A program made the translations under genes and the position numbers. A stretch of 63,982 bases of DNA, filler included, from Perkinsus olseni (Eukaryota): the NCBI GenBank assembly GCA_013115125.1. It is 4 parts of 4 records of this genome, joined end to end, with 100 filler letters (N's around TTAATTAATTAA, not from the genome) between each part and the next. Parts side by side here need not be neighbours in the genome. Positions count along the whole stretch, not along the records: positions 35,171 to 52,618 come from JABANN010000645.1; positions 52,719 to 63,982 come from JABANN010000835.1; 2 more parts are not named here. One strand, 5' to 3'. Positions 51,053 to 63,680 of the stretch are shown here, piece by piece. The notes beneath the pieces are model-generated. The model worked only from the letters and a program-made list of their open reading frames with translations. It searched no databases and was not told where the DNA came from. Every line of letters starts with the position of its first letter. Within the stretch, counting starts at the first letter, position 1.

Positions 51053-51559
51053 TGATAGAGCAACGAACCGGAAGGCTGCCGCAAAAAAGACTGGGTAATG
51101 AGGACCAACATCGCAGGAGTACGGATTCAAAAGCAGTGAAGATAGAACATCGTCCTGTCGCTGTACCGGGATGAATCATGAGTGAGAAAAGAAGTTTCTC
51201 ACTACTAGATTGTGTCGAGTGTCCCCGGTGTTTGAAGCTAGGACATTGCACAACGTTCGACCGCAAACGTCTGAGAAGGTGGATCTTCGATTCGGCGCCG
51301 ACTGCTGTTCCCCCACTGTCAATAACACGATTCAGTGTTGTCAACAGCGACTGGATCTGTGGAGAATGATGCAATGATGGCCATCTGTGGAACAGTGCCA
51401 TCAAAAGTTCACGCTGTCGGAGTAGGCAGCATCCAGGGAGTCGGGAGCAGGTTTTTTACTGACGTCGAGTATGCCTGTGGAGAGAATACCATAGCTGATA
51501 CATTCAAGATGAGGTGTCCTTGTTTGATGGTGATCACCTAGTAGTCGTTCGCTGATTCT

Positions 51560-52480
51560 ACGTCGCTCGAGATGATTAGACGGGAAGTCCGACTCGCCGA
51601 TTCCGAGTATCTAAGAATTGCGAGGTCTCGGTATTCTTAAGGGCTCCGACTCAAGGCAGAGAGTGACCTTCATCAAGCAGTGAAATTCCTCTTCGCTAAG
51701 GGGCTCATCGCCGAGACTCGTCAAAGCGTCCTTCAGTCGTGATCGAGCAATGCGACCAGAGCCCGATGATGCTTGTGGGTAAGTAGAAGACGCAGCTCTT
51801 GGCGAGGAGAGTGCCTACGTGTCAGATCGTTGCCTTTTATTAGCAGTCTTCTCGTGTTCAGAACTCTGGCCAGGTTCGCGGGAGCAAGTACGTTCATTAG
51901 AGCAGCCCAGCGCGAGTGGCTTGGGCCGTGAGGCGTCATGACAGACCACCTTCTCCATGGTACTCACTGTCAGAGCGTCTTCCACACTTCCCATGTTAAA
52001 GCCATGAAATTTCTGGCTTTTGTCCGCCGCTTGGAGCATCTCGCGGAAGTTGAACCTACGAGAATTGATAGACTCGAGAGAATAGCGCTTTCAATACTTG
52101 CTAAGACTGTGGTTTGTAACAATACGAGAGAGGATGAGGCTATCGATAGCGGCTGTGGTCATACAAAAGCCCACTGTTCGGAACCAATCAGCCTGAGGAC
52201 AATGAAGTCGAATATCAACTCAGTGATGGCTGTCTACCGCTTGAGGTTTCGTCAAATATCCATCGCCGTCAGTGTCAGCCAGTTCGAAGACTGTTCTCAT
52301 ATCTTTGAAGTGATCTATTATGAACTGGCTACTGCCAGGGGGCGGATGTGCTAAGGCAGAAGGATTTGTGCATGAAGAGAGGCTGTGATTCTCACCCATG
52401 TGCCATTTATGGACCCCAGAAGGCTTCTCCCGTCGATGAGATTTCAGTGGGGGCTTGTCGGCGCCAGCCATACTCATCGA
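51560..52480 (-). CDS. EF-hand / calmodulin-like protein, multi-exon, boundaries uncertain
   Basis: MRTVFELADTDGDGYLT is a canonical EF loop; LKDALTSLGDEPLSEEEF is a calmodulin-like linker. Confidence 0.55.
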
Positions 52481-52618
52481 ACAGAAGAGCTGGAGGCTCT
52501 AGCCTGACATCACAGCGACGGAAACCTCATCATTCTTTATGGGTCTGTCGCAGGGCGAGCGACGATTGAGCGGAGCGCAGCCATCTAGATTAACTATTCT
52601 CGATGATCACTTTGTATA

Positions 52619-52718
52619 NNNNNNNNNNNNNNNNNNNNNNNNNNNNNNNNNNNNNNNNNNNNTTAATTAATTAANNNNNNNNNNNNNNNNNNNNNNNNNN
52701 NNNNNNNNNNNNNNNNNN
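52619..52718. other. Artificial scaffold linker
   Basis: N-TTAATTAATTAA-N. Confidence 0.97.
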
Positions 52719-52999
52719 GGCCCCTCTTTACTTGGCCTCCCGACTCCCTATGTCGAGTTCCGAAGTTAGAACTGAGGAGAGACGACTACACCCCCCGAAC
52801 TCAGAAACGAGACCGGTTTCCTCATTCTTTAACCTCTGTCTCAAATAACAACACTGTCCTGAATTATAGGGCATGTGCTCTGGGGTGCGCGTTAAGGACC
52901 GGAAATTCTTGCACGAACCGTTTATACAGGATCGGGGAATCGTTAGACGACGGTTTTTGGGAACGAAGCCAACCCGGACAGATGTTAGAGATAATAGTT

Positions 53000-55900
53000 T
53001 CACGCCTGGTGGGCTACTCGGCAATAACTCTGACACGGGCGTGTCTCATGTGATACGCTATACGAGTCGCACGTTAAACCTCAAACAGTCGTGAGAGCAG
53101 TTGCTGAGGAGGAACGCCGCATCCGCAAGTCCGAGTCCACAAGTCTCTGCTTGAATGTACCCCAGATGAAAGCTTTTGACGATCCGCCTCATTGCACTGC
53201 ATATCAACATCACAGAGAGTCCCTACCTGAGCACATCGGCAAGGGTCTAACCAAGCCGACCCAACGTTGGACTATAAACTCACACGCACAAGTCCGCGCC
53301 CATAGACTGGGAAAAGTAGTGGAGGGGGTGCTTGCTAACCGCGCTTGATGTCCTCGACCACGCATGCTATGGGCACTGCTGACTCATAGTACTGGGAGGA
53401 TTTGCGTACCTTGCCTCGTGTGCTGAGAGCGGCTTTGGTCGCAAAGTTGTTTCTGTCAAGGCAGGGCGAGCGAGATGAACGAATATGACCACCGCGGGGC
53501 ACTCGTGTTCTTCTAATCTTCGTCATGCCAGTGCGGGAGGGTCTCTTTCCCAACACGTTGGCTGACGTTAGTGATCGGCATGAAAGCGCCACATTTTGAA
53601 CTCTAAGCTGTAGATCTGGTGAGAGACATCACCGTCGTCTAGCGCGCAGGCCTACTCGTAGTGAGCCCGATTATGGGAGGTTTGCATTGAGAGTGGTTGA
53701 CTCGCCATGTCGTCCCACTCTGTCACCAACAGGAACACGGAGAACTGTTCCAAACTCGCTGCCTACTCCTCAGTAGCTTTGCGGAGGTTGCGTCAGAACG
53801 TAAGCGAATCCCCAAGTTGCTTTGAAAACCCCAGAGTCAAATTCAGGCGGTTGCTGGTGGCGGGGGCGTTAACACTATAGAGCAGTTCCTGGACACGCTT
53901 TTGGAGTACAGCAAGGCCTTGCATATCCTTCCGCCAACTGTCGAACTCAAAGATGATGCGCTGAAACACATCCGGTATGATTTCGCAAAGGACATACCGT
54001 TATCGTCTCCGGAAAGGCAAGCGAATAGTATCACGATCTAGTAAACTCCACCGCACAGCGGTACCGCAGGAAACTTACCGTGAAGGGGATCTACTGATTA
54101 CGTCGGTGTTGGCGGCATCGCCGATAATGTGGGGCCTTCGACTTCCTCAGAGTAGAATACTATCCCCCTCAAGCCCGAGAAGCTCTCGATCTAATACGAG
54201 ATCGAGTCGCCGAACCAGATGTCACCGAGTCGCTCAAGCGTTGGGCCACAGCGGCGGCTAACTCGATGTGCTCGAGCCAGGGAAATTCCGAAGCGTCAGT
54301 GACGGTGAGTGGCCCCTTGGAAGGAGTTTAGAGATCCTAATTTCCGCCGTTCTATTATGTCCAGTTAAGTCCTTCAGCCGGGGAAGCGCCCGAACAAGAT
54401 ACCATTATTATACCGTCGAAGATAGCTCCAGTTCAGGTCGAACAGCAACTGCTCATCACCGAGTTGTTTATAGAAGTGGCGGGTAGCGTTGCCGCCGTAC
54501 AGGACGTCCTCATCAGCGCCCTCATTGACTGCCTTATGGCCCACACTGACGTCGATTCCGACCTCGGCAAACAGCTCGCCACGGGTGAGGGCTGCTCGAC
54601 CTCATACAGAACTAGGGGACTATGAAATGAATAGAACTATGAATGGCCTAGGTGTCCAGCAGGGCGTTGACTGGCAGCCAGCAGCCATGAGCTTCTGAGA
54701 AAGCTTACAGTTTTTAACGCCTGCGTAAGGGTCGTAAATCGTTATTCAACCTGGCCTGTACTTTGAAAGAGGTGGTATGCTTTCTGTGCCGGTTTACTGA
54801 CATGAGTTCTGGGACTTAATTTCGTCGCATTCGAGGGAGCTTTTCGTAGGTCGAACAGCTCTGGTCTGCGAGAGCCTTCTTGCTCTATCTCGAGCGGTCT
54901 ATCAACTCATCCACTTGGCTGTTGACAACAGCAGGTTGTGCTCCCAGGAAGCCGAGCCAGCGTGGATCCATCAACTCGTCAAATTGAAGACAAGATTAGT
55001 TGCCTATCGGCAGGTGATCATCACTGATGACCCTTGAGGCGAGTCCCTCGTTACAGGACTTCCCAGCTGCACCCGGTCTACTCCTCCTCGCTGTCCCTCT
55101 GAGTGGGGCGATCGAACATATCGACAACTGCCGCAATGAAGCTGTGAAGTCTATCATCGTAAGTTTGCCGCCGTTCATCGTTGGGTGGCGCCCGATTAAT
55201 ATCGTCTTCATGGTAGCCCGAGCTTGATTGATATTCTATCCTGTGATGTCATTGTGAGCCTTCCCTCAGGCTGACCGTAAGAAGGGCCGATTGCGATGGG
55301 TGGTCCCTTCCCAAGACCATGGCATTTCCCACGCCCTCAGCGACCATGCGACTCGTCTTCTCAATTCTTTACAGATCGGTCACGACTAGCTCGCCTTTCA
55401 TGATGTTTGCTTCCTCCTCGGTTCACCGGGGCCATTGTAGAGCTACTGTTGTGTTACTCTCTTGCTGGTACGGGGATTGATAAACCCTTAGGCAACGCAA
55501 CGACTACTACTACACTGTGCCGATCTATATTTTAGGGCGAGCGCTAAAAACACTGCGCTGTTCTGTGCTCACGCTGAGCGCAAGATTCATGACTTTCCCG
55601 GAGGTTCCGGAGGGAAGTCGAGTCGCGTTCCGCTTGAATGGGAACTACATCGGATGCCTCCATCGATGGGCCTGAATCAGAGCATCTCGTAGGACAGCGT
55701 CTCGTTGATGCCATCGGAAATTCTGTTGGTATCTAGGAGGTGTCGTCTACCATCTGATGCATCACAGTCAGGTATTGAAATCCCTTATCGTAATTCAAAC
55801 TCCTTCATAGACGAACGCCTAACGCTAACATCCACCTCGATGCCACGTTCTCTCAGAACACCCGTCGCCGAGAAAAGCTCTCAGACCTCCAGTCTGTTGC

Positions 55901-56200
55901 TATTAATCAACATCGTCTGTGCTCTCGACTGGATGATGGTATTGGTCGTTTGAAGGAGGTTATGGTATCACCACAATGGGTTGCGAGTGTGATTATCTTC
56001 ATCCGGGAAAAATTTGGGACGTTCAGGCGCGACCTCGGTTGCAGACAGCAGTTCTTCGAGAGAGCCACGCGGTGATTGAGCTGCTCATTTTCTAAGTATT
56101 TAATCGATGCTTTGGGATAACGACATACTGGGCCCCTGGGAGCCTTCAGGCCGCCTATCGGCGATGCCATGCCTACTCAAACGGTTAGAGTTTGGGCCCG
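53000..56200 (-). pseudogene. Probable heavily degraded LTR-retroelement (BEL/Pao-like) pol remnant
   Basis: No coherent exon structure. Broken frames carry weak motif echoes in pol order: MIDFTASLRQL (RT-like, ~55150), IYDPYAG (Pao YDPLG-like, ~54730), DRNNF (integrase-like, ~53450). Confidence 0.3.
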
Positions 56201-56304
56201 ATACCCCACGAAATGCACTGTGCAGTATGCGCGTAGCTGACACTTGGATCTGCAGGTCGTAGAAGACACCCAATCATCCCCACTTACTGTGGCTCGCCAT
56301 TGCA

Positions 56305-57620
56305 ATGGACTACACCGCTCTCTCCAGCGTGTGGTCGCCTTGTAGGCGATCGATGGTACCCTGCGTGACGGTCGATAATGCTTTCTCTTCCTGGCTCACT
56401 CCGTGTTCCGTGTTGTCAATCTCGAATCGATTACGCCCGCATCCAAAGTTTCCGTTGGATTGTTATCCCACCAGGCCCCTATGGCAGACTCCGAAACGAG
56501 TGGCACTCGTTCGGCAGAGGTCAGCCTCCCTCTCTACATCACCGCCTTGTCGCTGACAGCTAGCATCGTCGTCTTCGGCGTCAACGTGGGGATCTCGAAG
56601 ATCCTGTGAGAATGCACCCAGGTTCGATTCCGGGGGCAGGCTTCTTCCCCCACATCCCCAGGTACATTACTGACGAACTCTCGGCCAAGGTTGGCGTTTG
56701 GAACTTCCCAACTTGCCTCTGCTTGGATTTGACCATCACCACCGTGGTGTTCAGCATTCTCATTTGGACCATCGTCAGCGCATTCGTCGAGATGAACCTG
56801 GTAAGTTGCCCTGCCAGTGCGTTGGCTCAACCGACCTCAGCCTGATTGCCTTCTCTGTCATCCATCGTGGGTGACTCATGTGCCAATCGTCGCTCTGAGT
56901 TCGCGACACGTGAGTTCCCGTTTGTGTATCTTCCACTTCTTTCAGAGGACCAAGTGGCCGTTGATCGTCAAAAAAGTTGCCTTACCACAAATTCTTTCTT
57001 CTTATTTACCGGCAGTGCTCCGCCACTCCTCCGTTCTCGAGGTGTAAGTATTTGCTCCAGTCCGTCAGTAGTAATTGATCATGACTCCCGGTGGGCAAGT
57101 ACCGCACTCATTCAGGCGCGAGAAGGGTCGGACTTGCTGCTCCAGGATGAGCTTCGAGGGCACCATGCAGACGTTGGCTCGAGGTAAGCATTTGGCCCTG
57201 GGAGAAAGTTGTTGGGAGAGTAACCCGTTGAAGGCTGAGCAAGCGTCATGTAAACGCTGCTCCAGTGCAGGTCGCAAAGCGTGTGGCTTGTCGCTTTAAG
57301 AGCGAGAACGCAGATTATGATATTCGCGGAAATCTCTCGCCTCCACCCGTCTTAAATGAAGACCTGAAACCGTCCGAACTGGCGATTCCGGGTTGGTAAA
57401 TTTGATGCATGCCTCTTCGTTGAGGAGAGGGCTCATTTGAACCGCGGCCCTCCGTTCTGCTGTATTGCACTTTCATTGTCTACAGGATCCTGGATAGCGA
57501 TGATCTCCTGGGCATTCTTGACAATGCCCACGTGCAGCTTCATAACGGCTTACGACGGCGGTCAGTGATTAGATTGGCGTCGACTCAACGTATCGATTTT
57601 TCTTGTAGGACGTCACAATG
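56305..57620 (+). CDS. Hypothetical membrane protein, multi-exon
   Basis: Hydrophobic exons (CLDLTITTVVFSILIWTIVSAFVEMNL; WIAMISWAFLTMPTCSFITA) with GT-AG boundaries. Confidence 0.4.
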
Positions 57621-57766
57621 AAGGTCTCGGGTATTCGTCGTGGACTCTAACATGGATCAGGACAACATTTATAGCAATTCAAACTCTTCTGGTGGGACGA
57701 TTGTTGGAACGTTCACTATTGTTGACGAGGACATCTGTCGCTTGGAGAGAAAACCGAATGATGTAA

Positions 57767-57839
57767 AGCCTTCTGCCGGAGTCGAACCGACGACCTCCCG
57801 CTTACTAAGCGGGTGCTCTACCAACTAAGCTAAGAAGGC
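57767..57839 (-). tRNA. tRNA-Thr(AGT)
   Basis: GCCTTCT TAGCTTAGTTGGTAGAGCA CCCGC-TTAGTAA-GCGGG AGGTC GTCGG-TTCGACT-CCGGC AGAAGGC T forms a complete cloverleaf. Confidence 0.95.
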
Positions 57840-58341
57840 TGATATGTGTTATCGTGAAGCCGTGCGCTGCCTAATTATGTCGTTCTCTTTAATCAGTTGA
57901 GTCAAGTGTGCGCTCTCACCACCTACATTTACCATACCCACACAACAGAGGATCCTTACTCGAGGTCCAGATACCCCTCCTTCGTGTCGACGGTGCGTTC
58001 TGCTCGCCTCGGCTATGAGTGTAATACCCTCTTATCAGATATCCACTACTGACAAGACCCTTTCACCGAGCATAGCTAGAAGTGACAGCAAAGATACCAC
58101 GGGTTTAGGCGGGCCCTCGCCGCGGCCGTTAGAAGGTGTAAGTGCATTCGCCTTGCCCAGTGTGGGTCGATTACAGAACGTACTTCGATAGATACCGGAG
58201 GAGGAAATCTCTTCTGACGTTGATGGTGAACATGCGTCGTAAACTGTCCCGATTGTACTGTGTTTTGAGTTTACTCTTGTCCAACTCACAACAAAAGTCG
58301 AAAACTATTAGACACAGACGTTTCTGGTAAAAAGCATATCT

Positions 58342-60905
58342 TCACCAGCAATGCTGCCCAGGGTAACCCTTTCCACCCTTGCGGTAGAAACCTTTGCCGC
58401 CCTTAGGGTACCCTCCCTTGCCGCCCTTACGGTAGCCTCCTTTGCCGCCCTTACGGTAGCCTCCTTTGCCCGTAGCAACCTCCTCGTCAACAGCATTCAT
58501 CAACTAAGGATACACTCATAATCTTTACATACAATCACGTAGCACTCACGATGTCCAAGGCCCGGGTCTGCCTCAATGCAAGCTCTCGGATAGACTGCGA
58601 TAATGAGATGTGGAACTTCCTGTCCGCCTCCATCAGTTGGACTGAAGTGGACGGCAGTCGACGTGCCGCAATGTGGCTACTTACCAGGTACGACGCTCTC
58701 TGGTCCCTCATCCTCACTGAAACAGGTCGAATGGCAAAACTCCATCGCTCTGGTGAGGACGTCGAAGTCGGGGTTCTCGCGACCCTTGAAACCGAAGCCG
58801 ACCAGGTAGCGCTCGGAATTAACCTGAAGGGAGCTGAAAAGGGCGAGTCGAGCGGAAGGGACTTACCACTCTCGACCGCTGAGGTTTTACTATATAGCAT
58901 TTGTCGAAGAGACGGGCTATGACGTAGATAACACTGGCAGTGATGGTGCTGAAGGTGTCGAACAACTTGCAAACGAGGAATCCTCCCTGAGAGCAGCCAA
59001 GAGTTGCGCATGGAGTGGTATGCATCTGGAAACTACCTTAGCACATGCCCTGACCATCGTGAGAATTTCCGATAATATAATTCTCGCTGAGTAAATCTCC
59101 TGATAGTTTTCCAAATGGTTCCCCTCCTTGTCCTTCGACACCTGCACGCGACCGATACAGACGGAAGGCCGGCAGCCAGTCGGCCCTACCTCGAAGCCTC
59201 CATCGCCCATCACGAGATGCGCCCCGCGAGGGTCGACTTGCCCGACAGACTCCTCCAACGCTAACAGGTTGCCCGGCGAGTATACATTGCCTGAAGGGAG
59301 GGATCGAACGGGAGGGCTGGCGAGCCATGGACATACCATCCCCATCAGGACCCCAGACTGCATCGAAATCTTCTGAGTCGAGGAGATGCTGATACCTGAG
59401 CCAAACGAATTTCGTGGCGCGTGACGGTAGAGATGGTTACCAGATGCAGCTAGCTTCCTTAGACTGCGCAGAGTCAATCTTCAAGCTCATCCCTCGGCCG
59501 ACAGTCTTGACATTTTCCCGTTCCCCTGCAGGCGAGGACGGTGGCGCCTCGAACACTCCTACGATCAGTTACCGAGATTCTTCACAAGCTCACTGAAGGC
59601 GCCTGGGCCTCCGCAGACATCGACGTACCGCACCTTCATCTCATCCTACGGAAAGTGGTCTAGAAACACGCTTCGCTCCGCCTACTACCTCTTCGCCATC
59701 CTGAGCGCCTTCTTCTGACCTTGCCAATCTCAAAACCGATGGCCAAATGTCGAGAGCCTCTAAGACCTCGAAAAATGACCAAAATGCACAACATGAAACG
59801 CTTCGCTTCGCTGACCACCTCCCACAGTTTATCTCCCGCCCTATTCGATATGCCGACATTAGCGCTGCCACTAATAGTGGACGGGAAGACCCTCGCGCGA
59901 ACCCGGTGGTAAATTCTGCCCTGCCCTCGGTCGAAGAGTCGGTCCTGGAGGGGACTTGAGGACAGCAGCGACGACTTATGCCAGTACCATCCGAGTCTTC
60001 TCCTCCCACAACTCGTCCACAACCGAGGACTCACAGAACAGGCCTTCACGCATCCGTTTGGGAGCGTGCGTCCGGAGTGTCTGACGGCGGAGCGATGCAG
60101 AAAAGGTGTGGGAGGCATGGCAGCACCTTGGGCTTGTTATCAGGGGTCCAGGGCGGGAAGGGCGGCAAGGCCTCCAATCCTGAGGTTATTTCGAACCTTG
60201 CCGGAGAGACGATAGCTTCCATGACGGATCGGGGGAGGTTACACGTCCGTTCGCTCGAGGTCTGATGCGGGGGTTGGCACGCGGGGATGGGCCGACGACT
60301 CGGTCTGCCGGGGACTTGATGATTCTGCTGCGCACAGTCATACCACTCCATCCACAACTCCTACTCACCTCCTGTCGACTTCCGTTTGAGTCTATTCCTG
60401 AGATACACTCGTCAGTTCTCCTCCCATGATCCTCATTATTACCATGGCGGCACCGGTGCCTCTGCACCAGGGGTAACAGACCCCTGCCCCACCCCTGCTG
60501 CTGGTGGGGTGGGCTCCTCCTGCACCCCTGCTGATGGGGTGGGCTGCTCCTGCACCCCTGCTGGTGGGGTGGGCTGCTGCTCCTGCACCCCTGCTGGTGG
60601 GGTGGGCTGCTGCTCCTGCACCCCTGCTGGTGGGGTGGGCTGCTGCTGCTCCTCCTGCTGCACCCCTTCCGAGATTGCCTGAAAGAAAGAGTCCTGACGA
60701 GCACCTCGGTCGAGTGGTACACAATCGTCCAAGAGTGTAGTTGCCAAATGACGCAATCTCACACACCGACCTTCGCGGCAGGACCATCGGAGGTCGCTTT
60801 CGCCTCTTCCTCCTTCTGGTCCTCGCATGTCGTTGGGTCGATAGCTTCCTCCTCTTGTACCGGCCTTACCCCTTCACCTGTTGCCGTGGACAGTTCTGGG
60901 TCCAT
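58342..60905 (-). CDS. CMTR1: Cap1 2'-O-ribose mRNA methyltransferase (FtsJ-like, CMTR1-type), multi-exon
   Basis: NRAGDKL, YVDVCGGPGAFSE (SAM binding), VMGDGGF, GGFLVCKLFDTFS, IVKPQRSR..NSERYLV supply the K-D-K-E tetrad. Confidence 0.88.
58362..58471. repeat. 24-bp coding repeat encoding (KGGKGGYR)n
   Basis: The minus frame reads GKGGYRKGGKGGYRKGGKGGYPKGGKGFYRKGGKGY. Confidence 0.85.
60487..60667. repeat. 30-33-bp coding minisatellite (QEQQPTPPAGV) x5
   Basis: cacccctgctggtggggtgggctgctgctcctg repeated five times. Confidence 0.9.
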
Positions 60906-61250
60906 CGTGAGAGACCTTGGTCGACCTTGGATACGACTTCCAGCGCAACACTCTCGGAAGTTATTACAAATGCAAGTCTTACGTTATTAATAAGAGTAGT
61001 ATCTAGAAGGGGTGGTGATGGTCCAAGGAATTGTACAATGATGACGATATACCAGAAGTACAGCAAGTGTTACGGAAAAGTTGGTATGGATGATGACGAC
61101 GGAGGCAGCGCCACAAACCCACATTATGCCTTTATGGGAGCATTTCATAAACTCACGACGGAGGGACCCGCCAAGTAACCAACAGTACTTGCCACGATAG
61201 AAAAAACAACAACAATAACACAGCTTCGCTCCGCTAAGAATCTTCCACCA

Positions 61251-63039
61251 CTACCCACCACATTGAGGTGGGCTCTCCACTTTGACGTCAAGATCGTTGC
61301 CAAGCATCACTCCTGCTGTCGGAAGGCCCTGACACCGGTCGATCGAAGAGCAGTATACTTTCACTATCCTCTCTTCCTCCGCCTTCATTGCCTCTGGCAG
61401 ACCCATGCCATGAAGCTGCTGTTCATAAAAGACCTCGCACGATCGAGTCAACAGACCAACCGTACTATCACGTCCATTATACAGATAACTGTTGGAAAAC
61501 ATCTGAAAAAGAGACGAGAATCTAGCGGAGCGAAGCACGAAGACGATCACCCATTACTACCCTTCTGATATCCGCATCGACTTGCTCCGCCATAGCGTAC
61601 TGCCGATGATCCAACTTGTGGCAAATCATACTCAGATCGATCGGGTCCGCCACGACTGCGGAGTAGCCAGGGGCCATGGTGTCATCGGGGACCTTATGAA
61701 AGATCCACCCATTAACATATCGCTTCAGCAGGCCAGCCAGTTGACGGAAGGGACCCCTCCAGGGTTGCCAGAACGGAGACCCGCCCATAGACGCTATGAT
61801 GGGGTAAAGCGTTCGAAAATGACCGGTGGCCTTTTCCCGCATATCTCCACTCGGCGGTTTGGCCTCGTCACTATCCATAGCACCAATTTGCAGCGGCCCG
61901 GGTAGGTACCGCAGCGCTGGTGATGACGGATTGCTATTCCCCTTCGCTCGGACCAACCTGTATACCCTCCGGACGTTCGAGCTCGGCGGGTTGTGTGGCG
62001 CCAGCTTCAACTTGAGATCCTCTCCCGACGACCCCTTCCGTTTTCGCGAGTTGAGTCCATCAACCGGCGAGGATAGTAAACCGCTCTCAGCCCGTTTTAG
62101 ATAGTGGTCAACTTCGCTGTTCGCCGGAGCCGAGGACCGAGCCGTGACCCCGAAGGTGTCCACAGCACACGGGTCGCACCCGTACTCCTCCACCAGGCAG
62201 ATGCAGGCTTCCAACTGCTCCGTTTTGGCCGCATAATAGAGGGCGGTCTGACCGTTACAGTCCCGATGGTTGACTTCACCCGAAGGGGAGGCGTCCAGTA
62301 GACGCCGCATAGCCTCGACGTGACCCTCCCGGCTGCAGTAATACAGAGCCGTCTGGCTGTGCACGTCAGTGAGGGCAGCTCGGACACCAAGGGACAGGAA
62401 GAGATCTATGGTCAGAGCGTGGCCCAGCTGGAAAGAAAGCAATACAATCATCCAGGCCCTCCCTCACTACTACCAAAGCGGCGTAAAACAAGGCCGTCTG
62501 CCGCATAGCTCGGTCCACCACATGCGGGTCGAGTCGGTAGTCTTTGATAAGTCCTCGGCAGACATCCCGGCTGCTTTCATCGTCCACTCTGCGGGCTGCA
62601 TAGAACAGCAAGGTCATGCCGTTAACTGCGTTGATGGCCCCACGACAGTCGATGCCGTCCTCCTTGCTGGCGACGCTGAGAACGGTCAGGGTGGAATAAA
62701 AGGAATGGAGGTTCTCACCATCCACACTTACTCGACGGCCTCCAAGGCCTCCGCAGCAGACGCGGCCGGGTCCATCACTCCCACTATCAACCGGCGCTCG
62801 GCGGACCCCTCTGTGAAGTCCGACAACTCGCCATAGCTCAGCACCTGAGAGCCCCATCATTCTTGGCGACGGAGGGGAGCTTCGCTCCGCCTTTTTAGTA
62901 CCTCTTGGACCACCCTCGCCTCTGGTGATGGCAGAGTGATGGGCTGCCCCGTACCGAGGTCGACTACGCTCGTAGTGGGGCTGGAAACTGCCGAGGTTGA
63001 TTCGTGGTCGTCGCAGGAGGTCATCGATGGAGTCGGCAT
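61251..63039 (-). CDS. Ankyrin-repeat plus bromodomain protein (BDP1-like architecture)
   Basis: Ankyrin units TLLFYAA, QTALFYAA, QTALYYCSREGH and QTALYYAAK. Bromodomain WIFHKVPDDTMAPGYSAVVADPIDLSMICHKL..Y..DIRR|MFSNSYLYN has the conserved Asn. Confidence 0.88.
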
Positions 63040-63680
63040 TAGTACCACGTCAAGGGCGTTGGCGACCCGGGCATAATAAATTCCAGCTGGTCGAGGAAGG
63101 ACTACGCCGTGTTGGTCAATCTTGCGTTGCTGATGAGCATTTTCACCGCGCCACAAATGTCCTGCACGCATGCGCAAAATCGAGCTGCGGCGGGGCGGGT
63201 ATCTTAGCGAATCTCGAGGTCGAGCCAGCATTCCACAAGGAGGTTGATTGATGCCGGTCCCAGCGGAGCATGACCCCCCAAGGCCCTTCGACGTTCCGAA
63301 GCGGAATGGTCATCGACAGATAAGCGATCCTCCTTTGGGCTGTTGGACACGGGACAGTCCGTGCGATAAGCGCTCGCCCGAGTAGTCTGCGCAGCTACAA
63401 CAACGAAGGTTTGCTTCCCGCTTGCCCAATTTTTCCTTCCGTCTTGCCCAAACTTTTCTTCTCTCCCGCCCAAAATTTTCTCCCGCGCGCCCCAAATTTC
63501 CCCGCTTGGTGGTGCTTTTGCCCTGGGCGCCCTGTCCCTGCTCCCTGGCTCGAAGGGAGCCATGAATCACGTGCCTAGCGTGCCGGGATTTCTACAAGCT
63601 TTCGATGACATGTTCACACTCTACGATTTGGGCTCCGCCTTGATGGCTGAGATCGAAGCCTCTGAAGCCGTTCTCGTTAT

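Noticed and set aside
60186-60787. Cys-rich or Gly/Ala-rich repeat proteins in alternative frames
   Set aside because: These are alternative readings of the 33-bp minisatellite; the QEQQPTPPAGV frame best fits the CMTR1-like exon chain.
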